This document shows positions 43,701 to 55,700 of a stretch of 64,000 bases of DNA, piece by piece. Made by a program: the position numbers and the translations under genes. The notes beneath the pieces were generated by a model. The model did no database searches and was not told the origin of the DNA. It saw nothing but the letters and a program-made list of their open reading frames with translations. The number at the start of each line of letters is the position of its first letter. Position 1 is the stretch's first letter. Source of the DNA: Trichoplax adhaerens. Its lineage: Eukaryota > Animalia > Placozoa. The stretch is from NCBI RefSeq assembly GCF_000150275.1, contig NW_002060977.1, forward strand, positions 253,235-317,234, given 5' to 3'.

Positions 43701-46700
43701 TACTCTGATGATTTCATTGCCATAGTTACCGCTATTCTAAAGCTACTGTCGAATATTAAAAGTTGAGTAGCAACAATTTCAGTAATTTTAAATTTCTTCA
43801 CAACCGTCATAATTTGCTAAGTTGATTTAATTTTCAAATCCTTCCTTGCAAACAAATTTTGTCACAAGAATAACGCACTTGCAATAAAAACATAGACAAT
43901 GCGAAGATAATGATGAGTGAACTAAATTTAAAGAAATATGGCATTTAACCCTTTAACTAACAAGTCTACTGAGATATAAGTACATTTCATTTTACTGTAA
44001 CTAAATTTATATAACTTATTATGAGATTTGTCCAGCATTAGAAAGCATTAGTAGCAGCTGCGAATGATAATATCTTTAGTTTGTGCATGAATTTAGAAGA
44101 CAAATTTGTACTTAATTCCTAGTCAGTACAGTAGTATTTATAGACATAAGCATTAGGTGACTTATTCTAGATAATCATTTTGCTGTGTACATAATTGGGA
44201 TCGTACACCTAATAACATGCTATCAACTATCGTTTTGGATTATGATCGCATGGGACCCGTCCTGCAGCTGATTAATTATTCTCAACTATCAGATACGAAA
44301 ACTAGCTGTTATACAATATGGCAATGTACAATTTACTTAAGCAGAATATTAGCGATAATGATTCTTAGTCTAAGTACTTATTCTTAATCTCAAAGAATTA
44401 GAATGTCCCCTGAACGAAATTTAGAAATTTATCCTACACGATAGTTTATACTGTGAGGCTTCGATACCGGCACTTTTCAAGACAGTAATTAGAGATCTAT
44501 GTTTATAATCTTTAAAAGTGCCTGTGATATATACCAATCACGAAATTCCAAATTTTAGAAAATTAAGGGCTTTATTGAATCTTATACATAGATTAACTAC
44601 ACAGCTCTACTCTAGCCGAATACTACTTCTAAAGACTTCTACAACGAACTAACAGAATAATCTAAAGTTGCATGCTTTTATACTTTCCGTAGCATTCGCA
44701 GCTACAATCCGCATGGCAACCTTTTACCTTATTTTACACATAGTTAAATTATTCTTAGTAAGACTATTCTACTGCGGACCATCATTAATCCAATATGGAT
44801 ACGACTACAGTACTTACGTAGACATTATTCACACCAGCCAAAGTACAATGAATTAACCATATCCTAATATATGATTTACAGTTCTATTCTTACCTATAGC
44901 CATATTAGTAACTCAACAGCTTACTGTATATAGTCATCTGTACTCTAGCATAGCGTCTCTACCACTACAGTCTATAGTTACAGCTACCAAATATCTCTTA
45001 GGATAAATATCTACCGTACATTATACTACACATGGCTAACAGTCTACAATCACAATACTAAGTTACATTACATGCCCTATGCTTATCAAGTAAATCTGCA
45101 ATTGTACCAAACATTTGAGTCATGAGTGTTTTTTGCTTCTATGTTCAAATTAAAATAACGAAGAGAAATTTATTAATTAAACCATTGATGTTCCTAATGA
45201 CAAACAATTTGTGATTATTAAACTGGAGAATTACTGCATCTTAACTACTGTAGCGACATCTCTAACAATCGCCTCCAATATATGCATCCATTATCGTTTA
45301 AGAGCTGCAAAATGTTAAAGACCATGTAAGTACAGTCCGTAGTAATAGATACTTACCTAACTGTTATGCGAAAAAGTATATTAATAATCATCAATATATT
45401 TTAGCCGTTTCAAGTGTTAGCAGAGGATTTATACCAATATCTTTTTTTCGCTAGCAAAATCTCTGATTAATTATTAAGTCATTTTTGTTGATACTGTTTA
45501 AAATTTTAATTGCTTTGCTCATTCATTATTGATAATTTTTATGTAAGGATTATTCATAAAATAGAAATTTTTTGTTTGGTGTTGAAATTAGCAGGGATTA
45601 CAGCTCTAGCTAAATAAACAAAAGTTTATGTGCTGATTAAATATATATCTGTGTTACGAGCTTGGAATAGCCCTAACTTGCAACAAGGATTGAGAGAGTG
45701 ATTCTACCCTTTACTACTGTTACTTGGAATACCAGATAATTGATATTCCAAGGCAGATAGGGTTTAACGTAGGGAAACCTTCAAGACTTACTAGAAAATC
45801 ACAATCTAATTTACTGTCGGCGAACTCGCCGTTTATGTAGGTTTCATACCTAAAACCGCTATAGCTACACAAGTCACCTCGTCTATCAGAAATTAACCGA
45901 ATTAATACCCTAAAGAGATTCTATCTGTACGTATTAGACACAGTCTAATGCTATTAAATTTACGGTAACAAGATTAGAAAAATGCTTATAAACAGTTTAA
46001 CAGATACATATAAAGCTATTCTACTTGGATATTTCCTCTAAACTTGGGAATTGTACTATGAACCTTAACAACTTGGAGGTGATAGATATAATCCAGTTTA
46101 GCTGGTTGGCAATTACTATAATAGACTATGTAATCCTAGATTAAGGATATCAACTGTTAACCACTAAATTTACAACTAAGAAGACCGTAAAACATTTCTG
46201 AGATCTAAACATATATAGAAGGTAACATAGGAATAAAGTATACGTCACTGTATTGGAACTAGTATTGTGATTATAGACTGTTAGCCATGTTTAGTACAAT
46301 GTACGGTAGATATTTATCCTAAGAGATATTTGGTAGCTGTAACTATAGACTGTAGTGGTAGAGACTCTATGCTAGAGTACAGATGATTATATACAGTAAG
46401 GTGTTGAGTTACTAATAAGACTATAGGTAAAAATAGAAACGTAAATCATATATTAGGATATGGTTAATTCATTGTACTTTGGCTGGTGTGAATAATGTCT
46501 ACGTAAGTACTGTAGTCGTATCCATATTGGATTAATGATGGTCCGCAGTAGAATAGTCTTACTAAGAATAATTTAACTATGTATAAAATAAGTCAAAAGG
46601 CTGCCATGCGGATTGTAGCTGCGAATGCTACGGAAAGTATAAAAGCATGCAACTTTAGATTATTTTGCTAGTTCTTTCTAGAAGTCTTTAGAAGTAGTAT

Positions 46701-49700
46701 TCAGCTAGAATAGAGCTGTGTGTAGTTAATCTTTGTATAAGATTCAATAAAGCCCTTATTTTTCTAAAATTTGGAATTTCGTGATTGGTATATATCGCAG
46801 TCACGAACATTACTTTCGTGACAGTCTGTAAGATAAAGGTCAGTGAATGACAATATTACTGCAAAATAAGCGACAGAAGAATATGTAAGTAGCCAGCATT
46901 GCGATAAGATAACACCGAGATCAAAAATCTACAAATTCACAATAATTTGTACACTTATGGCTTTACGTTAAGTAAAAATAAAGAACTGATGTTGTTTAGC
47001 CTGTCACGGTACGAGCTACCGTGAAGAATTAAATAACTAAATTTGGTGAAATTTAATATTTATGTACCGTCGTTATAATTAAATACTTACAGCATAAATC
47101 ACTAAAGTTATATTATGCCAGAGTAAATTATATGTTGCGCTATAGCAATATCTCTTATATCGTCTCCGACATCAGTACAAGCTGTTGTGGTTGTAATTTT
47201 GACTTACAACAGGTCTTAGTTGTACTAAATGATTCTATGAATGGAAATACAGCAGTCTAATCATCCAGAATTAGTTCAAATCGATTAGATATCCAAGACA
47301 AGAAATACTTCTGTATTAATTTGGCTATTACGTTTAATGTTAGCTACTGCTGAAGGGTATAACAGCTCAGTAGGTACATATTTCAAATTAATAGCAAGCT
47401 ATAAAGTAGATATTGGATCGAAAAAAGAAAAGAATAATTACTTCACATTGTTTATTTGCATCAGCACAGCGGTCATAATTGCAAGCAGCTGCAACTTAGT
47501 TGCTATCAAACTTTAGGCTTTTTACTGATCTAATTTGCTTATATGAATCCTCTATCAACTGCAGCAATAACCACTCGATCAGTAATTCTACGGTTTAGAC
47601 GTATCATTGCTATCGTTCAGTACATTTGGCGTATTGTATGAGAACTAATTCATCCGTGGATGCGGTAAATTCTTAAGGTACTCCGACTAATGTACTAATT
47701 GGACTTCTTCTACACAAATAATCAATACCTGACCGATATCTGTTAGTCTTAGGTTACTCATTATTTGAGACCAAGTAATGATTCAAAATGACGTTAAATA
47801 TTGTTTGATCTTGCGGTCTAACTGAGACAATATAGATCACAACAGATCTCACTACTGAACGTAACTAAATCAAACGGCGCACACGATTGGGCTTAGATTT
47901 CTCAAACAATTACAATTACTTGTAATTAAAGATAGCTGGCAACTACTACCTCCAACCCTGATGAGTTGACTGACTAGAGTCGAATTAGTAGAATCACTAA
48001 AACCAAAACCAACAGCTGTAATGTCGTATAAATCTTTAAATATTATGAGTAAAGACGTACAGTACTACTACGCGTTAGTGCGGTAAAACTAATTATCACA
48101 AAGCGATCCGAACTGTATTCGGTCAAAATTGTAATAAACATGAATAGCTATTACTACAGCTTAACTGAAGAATTATTTTTTTGGTTATTACGTAGGCCAA
48201 TTTGCTATCAGTTTTATTGATATTTTTGCTCGTTAAATCTGATGGTTGACTTTATAATTACTCTTCCTGGTTTTAATAGTAATTTCACGCACTGACTCTA
48301 CGTAATCATTGCATGTACTTACTTAAGGAAATTTATTATTCTTCAACTAGGTATATAAATAATAATGGAATTAAAAATCTTGATTTTTTGAAATTTGTAC
48401 CAAGCCTGGAAAAATTGTAAGTTTGCAATAAGATCTTAGATATAACTTTATTCTACACAAGCTCAGAATGATAAGATTAAATGTCTAGATAATACAAGTC
48501 AAAGAACCGTACTTTTGATTCATAATCTCACATTGATTGTAACGTTATGAAAATAATATTACCTATATGCACTGTAGTATATTACTAATTATTTGCTATA
48601 ATTAACAAAGCAATTTATTACTAACAGTAAATCGAAAATAATAGAGGTCGAGATTACTAGACAAGAACGCCTTCTTTTTACGTTTCTAAAATTAGGTTAG
48701 CAAGATCGAACAAAATTAATACGCTTAGTCACAAAATTTTTAATCCGCTAAAGAATTTGAAGACTTTGTAAGTCTAAAATCAATCCTAATTTCAGACAAA
48801 TTTTACTTTTGTTCTTAAAATTCAGTAGAGTAAGCGCTTAGATGTGCCAATGAATTATGTAAAAGTAAATGGTAATAGGATAGATAAGATATTTTAGACT
48901 AAATACACCAATAAATTGAGTTAAACTCCGTTCGTAGAATGATTGTTCTACCAATTATAGATGCTTATATTTCAATAACTAAATAATGAGCCTCTACTCT
49001 ATTATTTGATAGTATTTTGATATTAACTTATTCGTGCTAGTTAATTTCTTAACACCTATAGTTCAGAAATAGATTAAAAAGTTTAATTTAATTATTTTAC
49101 TCGTATAGCTATATTTATTTGCCAATCTCTAACAATTTCTACGATAATTTAAGCTAAAATCAAGCTATTTAAATTTATCATAGGGATGTCTCTTCAAATC
49201 CTATCCATCATTTAAGTTACGAAGCCTTTTCTAAACTATCAAATTTATACAATCTGTAAGGTTTTCATGTCTTAATTGAATATACCGTATGTTAGTTTTC
49301 CTAATTATTATCATCCGGATCTACGTAGTCCATCATTCTCATACAAATTTAATTGAACTAACTTTTATGTTTATTTTAGTTATTTAGAAAATATTAGACT
49401 ACGAAGATTAGATCAAATCAATTTAACTAACTCAAGCAACTTACAGTCACTGTAGGTCGTATTTTCGTAGTAGTTATGATATTTGTTCATTATGATTAAT
49501 TAATTAATGAATATTCGGTTACCTTGAAGATCTATAGCATCTACGAATTTGTACATGTGGTAAAATACAAATATATTAATTATTACGCCGTTAACTTTTT
49601 ATTCGGTAAGGATATTAAGAAACAACGAAATAACTGATCTGCAGCGTAGAAATTTTGAAGGTTTACGGGAATTAAGACTGCTGTAAGTCCGCATAAATTC

Positions 49701-52700
49701 GTAAAAACGCTAATACCTGAGGTATTAATTTATGTGCTCGGCACTGATGAAATTAGCTAAAATAAGCAAGAGATAAATATCTAACTTTTCAGTACGGTAT
49801 TAAAGAGTACTAAAAAATGGCACCATAATCATAGTTTATAAATACCCGCTTGAAATACTCTAATAAAATCTAATTAGGGATTTATCGAAAAATGGAATAT
49901 CATACATACCTAATGACACCTTCGTACCTCTTAAGAACTTAACCACGCTGTAAGCATTAAGCTGCTATAAAGTACTAACATTAATTAGGGAATATAAAAT
50001 AATTTCACATTTATCATAATTATTATTAATAACTACAGCAAGGTGCTAAGATAGAAACTTCATGAACTTGTAATTTTATTATTTATAAACAATTTGGGAG
50101 CTTAAAGTAATTTATATCTGCGTAGGCTGTTCGACGATAACCGTTTAACAGAATTTGATGCCAGTATCATCTGTGAAAATACTAACATAAAAGAATTGTA
50201 AGCAAATCATTATGTTTAGGCTTATAGGTTCTACGAATATTATCGCTTGCTAAACCATTTTCCACCAGCAATAATATAGTAACTACTAGCATTAATGTGC
50301 TTCAATGCAGAAAACTTTTGGGTTATTAGTTTAACTGTTATTGAAAGATGCTTATGGTAGATTGAATGTGAACGATATTAAATTCTATATTGATCGAGCA
50401 CTGACAACTCTTTTAAAATGAATATTAATTCAATCACTAAAAATAATTGTTAAGAGCAAGAAACAATCCTAACTTGCAACAAAGATTGAGAGTGTTTTGA
50501 ATCTTTATGACTATAAATTAGAATACCAATCAGTCGATATTTCATTTAGATATAATTAAAATTTAGCTCAGAGACCTTAGATCTATGATGTCATACATTC
50601 ATTTATAGATAAATACTAAGTTTTACAATGTTCTGTTAGTACTATTAACAAATGTTTACGTAAATCAACTATGAATCAACTGATTTTTTGATAACGCTCA
50701 GGTTCAGTTTTACCTTAACAATTGCTAGTGGTTACTATTCCTCCTGACTATAGGAAATCGTTAGCATTTAGATTCATATTGTGGGTAGATATTAGTGAGA
50801 AAAACCTTACACTAGGCTCGTAGTGGTAGTTTTCTGTGATAATAAAACTTTTCGCCATTACAAATTTTTAACAACCACATATCTTTATTATTCAAATGCA
50901 TATTGAATTCATGATAAAACGCTATATGGTAATCATTATCGCGTATTTTAATAATTTTTTAAGCGGAAAGCAAAATAAAGCTTTCTAATTTTCATGTCAG
51001 ATATGTTTGTTTAACATCAATTTTTTGTCTAAATTGTAACACATCTGACTCATTAATACATTTTATATTTTAGAAGTTTTCAATCAAATCAGATTCATAC
51101 TATGGTAGATAAAAGTTGCATTGGCGGATATAAAAGATTAAATATTATGTTAGTACTACCAATCAACCTATAAATGCAATAAATCAATCAATTAATTTAT
51201 TTTATTTGGGCAATTATTTCAGCTATAAACTTGAAAATTAATCAAGTTTGTATCTTATACGCCTAGCAATGATGGCAGTCATAGCTCATTTGCATACTGC
51301 AAGATTTTTGTTAGATTACTAACTGATCTAAAACAATTTCTAAATTCTTGTAAATAGAAATTTCAACAATAATTCACTGGATGATCGATTCAGTAGAGCA
51401 CTAAATGCCATTAAAAGTGAAGTTTTGATAAATTTATATGACCTGTAAGATATCTCTCATACTCAGGCCTACTATTACGTTACCCATTTTAAGCAACATA
51501 CACTCGAAGAATTATTGTGTATTTGCACTAGAAATATCGGTCGAAACAAGATTGCTCATTTCCCGGAAGTACTTCTTCGCGCTACTAAATCAAATTTACG
51601 TTTCATGTAAGCTTAAAGTGTAATCAGTAGTTAAAGAAATACAAGAAAGTGTGGCAACTTGAAATCTAAATAATATTTGATTTGAGATTAACTTTGGAAG
51701 TTTATTATTTGTTTCGTTTAACGTTATTTTTAGAAATATTGGCTTTAATAAGATTGGCAGAATAGATGTTACGAAAATTATTAGTGGCTTTCAATATTTT
51801 AACTATATTGAGTGTAAGACTAATAAAAGGCGTATCTGTCGCTATTACTCCCTGTAAGTATTAGTAACTTCACAATAATTGCATTTGCTAAATTGTAATA
51901 GCGGTCTAATATACCTTTCTAGATACTTTCTGAAACATAAATCATTAAAAATAACTTACAGTACAGTAGTCATCACTAACAGAGTAGTTAGGGTCAGAAT
52001 GAGTATATAAGAACTAAGTACATTTAACTACTACATTTCAGCAACATTGCAGGAAGTAATTTAAGTTATCTAGAGTCAGGAACTTTTGCTCATATTCAAG
52101 ATAGTATGGGAGCATTGTAAGTTTAATTTCCATCTGAGGTTCAATCCTGTATTTATAAGCTAATAAAGCGATACTTTGTAACGTCTACTAGGACATTGTA
52201 TCTTAAATATGCGTATGTAATGTAACTTAGTATTGTGATTGTAGACTGTTAGCCATGTGTAGTATAATGTACGGTAGATATTTATCCTAAGAGATATTTG
52301 GTAGCTGTAACTATAGACTGTAGTGGTAGAGACGCTATGCTAGAGTACAGATGACTATATACAGTAAGCTGTTGAGTTACTAATATGGCTATAGGTAAGA
52401 ATAGAACTGTAAATCATATATTAGGATATGGTTAATTCATTGTACTTTGGCTGGTGTGAATAATGTCTACGTAAGTACTGTAGTCGTATCCATATTGGAT
52501 TAATGATGGTCCGCAGTAGAATAGTCTTACTAAGAATAATTTAACTATGTGTAAAATAAGGTAAAAGGTTGCCATGCGGATTGTAGCTGCGAATGCTACG
52601 GAAAGTATAAAAGCATGCAACTTTAGATTATTCTGTTAGTTCGTTGTAGAAGTCTTTAGAAGTAGTATTCGGCTAGAGTAGAGCTGTGTAGTTAATCTAT

Positions 52701-55700
52701 GTATAAGATTCAATAAAGCCCTTATTTTTCTAAAATTTGGAATTTCGTGATTGGTATATATCACAGCGTATAAATATATATCAGCAGATTCTTAAAGAGA
52801 GCTACAATGACTAATGTTTTAAAATTTTTAAAATTGAATTAATGAAATATAGGAATCTGAATGATAATAAGCTAAAAAGGCTAGATATCTCGGATTTAGT
52901 GAATATTACGAACGATATATTAAAGCATCTGTTAGTATGGATTCGAAGTTTATGTCATTACCGATACAGTAGTAACGTCGGTGAGAATAGATAAATCGGA
53001 GAATTTCTAATACTAAATTTTGATTTTAGGCACTTAGCAAATAATTATCTAACAACAATAACTACCAAGAATAATATACAATTGAAAGCTCTATCACATC
53101 TGTAAGAATTTTATTAATGTCTTTTAATGTCTGTGTAGATGTTCTAATTTTAAAAGTATACAAACTTGTATCCATTTTAATTGTATCAGAACCATTTTAA
53201 TAACGATATTTTGCTTAAAATTTCGGTAAATTTCACATTCAAAATCCCTAGAAACTTAATAAATAACAAGATAATAGATATTTGCTGGGGCAGCTCGTTG
53301 TCTACTGGTGCACCAAACGTTCAGAATTTGTAAGCTTGATTATGTACCGGTATTTAATAGCATACTTATGGCAAATATCAGACTCGTATACCATAAGAGA
53401 AATTTAAGCAGTTGATTGCAATTTATACAACTACATGAAAGAATAGTATTACCGTTTTATAAACGAATTTATAGAATACTACTAGTTGCTGAGTTCATTA
53501 AAGTCATTAAAATTTCGTTGCTAGAGGTAAAAAAAACTCGTTAGACTTAATGAAATAAATAACTGATGCTCTATTAAACTATAGGCAAGTGGACAACAAT
53601 GGTATAAAAATATTGCGATCGAACTGCTTTTTTGGCTATACTAAATTGTACAGTGTGTAAGTATCTAATTTTACCTCATGCATCCGAAACAGTGCAATTT
53701 ATTGATTATACTATATCACGAATGTAAAGAATTCTACTATACAATCAATATCATTATAATTTACGAAAGAAACCTAGTATCTTAGCAACAGATATTATTT
53801 GCAGATAATCATATTTGCTTCGATGATTGAAACGGCTTGTCACAACTTAAACTCTAAAGCAAGGAAACATGCTGTAAAACTCTATAAGTAAATACTGACT
53901 TAAATACTCTTTCACTAAACTTAAAATATACACAGCAAATACAATAAAGATAGAACATTTTATAACTATAAGACATATATACAACTTTTCATAGCACAAT
54001 TCAACTCAAAATATTCCCATTTATATCGGAACCGCGTAACTTGTAAACAACAACAGTGTTATTATTATGCCTTACCAGAAAAACATCTCGAATTGAGAAG
54101 TTTCTTATGTAGTTTCTCCATCAGTAAATATTTTTAATCTACTATTCATACTTAATTTTAATCTGAGCATGTATGCTGTCCAAATTCAACTATCATTAGC
54201 TAGAACTTTAATCATCTTACTTCTATCTACACAAAATAGCAATCAATATCAAATTTGTAATAAACTATCATAAATATTATTCACTGTAACTTAACTAAAG
54301 CATTATTTATCTTATCTAGTGTAGTGTTCACATCTAAATACGGTATAGTCTATTTTTAGTAAAAGTATTAGTTTTCACTAGACTGCAGCATAATTCTAAG
54401 ACTATAACATAATACTAAATATCTATGATCTATATTTAACAATTTACTCCGTGGAAATATCTTGTACTCTAGCTAACTTATACCTTAGCTTTAGCTTAAC
54501 ACAACAGTAACCTATTTTCATGAATCATTCGCGCCTATAAATAATTTCTTTTTGCTGTACTCCAGACATTATAAAAGCTATCTTCTTTCGTCTATTTCGT
54601 TAGTTAGTTAGTTCTGGTAGTTGCACGGTAAGCTTGCACACTTTACCTATTCTTCACTACTATAGTTGTTCAACTAGTAACGTCGTTACTTGCACGATAA
54701 TCTTATACGATTATTCTCTTACACTAGCTCAATAAAGGTTACTCTCCCGTTAACTATTCTGTTGTACTTTACTGCGACTAATGTCGAACTCTCAACCTTC
54801 CGAAACATCACATCTAACACTACAAATATATGTATTTTTTAATATTTGCGAATATTATACTATTAAGCTATCCTAACAATAATTTAACACTGTAATACAG
54901 TTTTTAAATCTTATTCCTTCTAGATCGTTAATTAAGAATCCCTTAGTTCAAGTCAGTACAGCTTCGTTCCTTATTACACCGAAATTGAAACAAGTGTAAG
55001 TATATAAGTAGCGTCTTAAGATTAATAATGCATACTTCTTGTACAAAAATAAGGTATGCCCGTAAATTGAGACAACTGAAATTTTGCATCGTTACATTTC
55101 ATGCGAAATGCTAACAGTAATCCTGAAAAATATTTATGAGCTGCTTTAAGGTCCTATTACTGAATAGCTAAGTTAATCATTTTTATATAGTTTATTCAAA
55201 TCCATGTTATTCCTGTTTCTAATACAGATAGACAGGGTCCCTATCCTAATACTAAATTATAGTTTGTAATATTGAAAAACTTTATCATTGATTCTGAATT
55301 CTATCTTTCGTAATAAATTCAAAATTGTAATGTAACTTATTATTAGCTATGTAGACTGTGAGCTATGTTTAGTATAATCTACTATAGTGCGACTCTTGCT
55401 ATATACAATTTAATATATAATTAATAGCTTATTGCTATAGACTGTAGCGGAAGATGCTTTGCTAGAGTGTAGATCTTTATATACAATAGGGTGTCGAGTT
55501 ACTATTAAGGTTAGAGGTAAAATAGAATTATAACTCAAATATTAGGATACGGTTAGTTCATCGTGCTGACTGGTAAAAACAATGCCTATGTAAATGCTGT
55601 AGTAATTTTCATATTGGATTAGTGATGGTCTACTGCAAAATTTAGTTAGTTATACTAATCATAACGTGTGTAAAATATAATAAAACGTTGCTGTAATGAA

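Noticed and set aside
41534-51623. ORFs 41534-41803 and 51438-51623
   Set aside because: They overlap true LRR exons in a different frame and run through splice sites.
23116-52620. Three near-identical 62-aa hydrophobic ORFs (23116, 44668, 52432) resembling a small membrane-peptide family
   Set aside because: All lie inside family A repeat copies, start at TTG, and run antisense to the element's TATA/poly(A) orientation; they are a by-product of the repeat.
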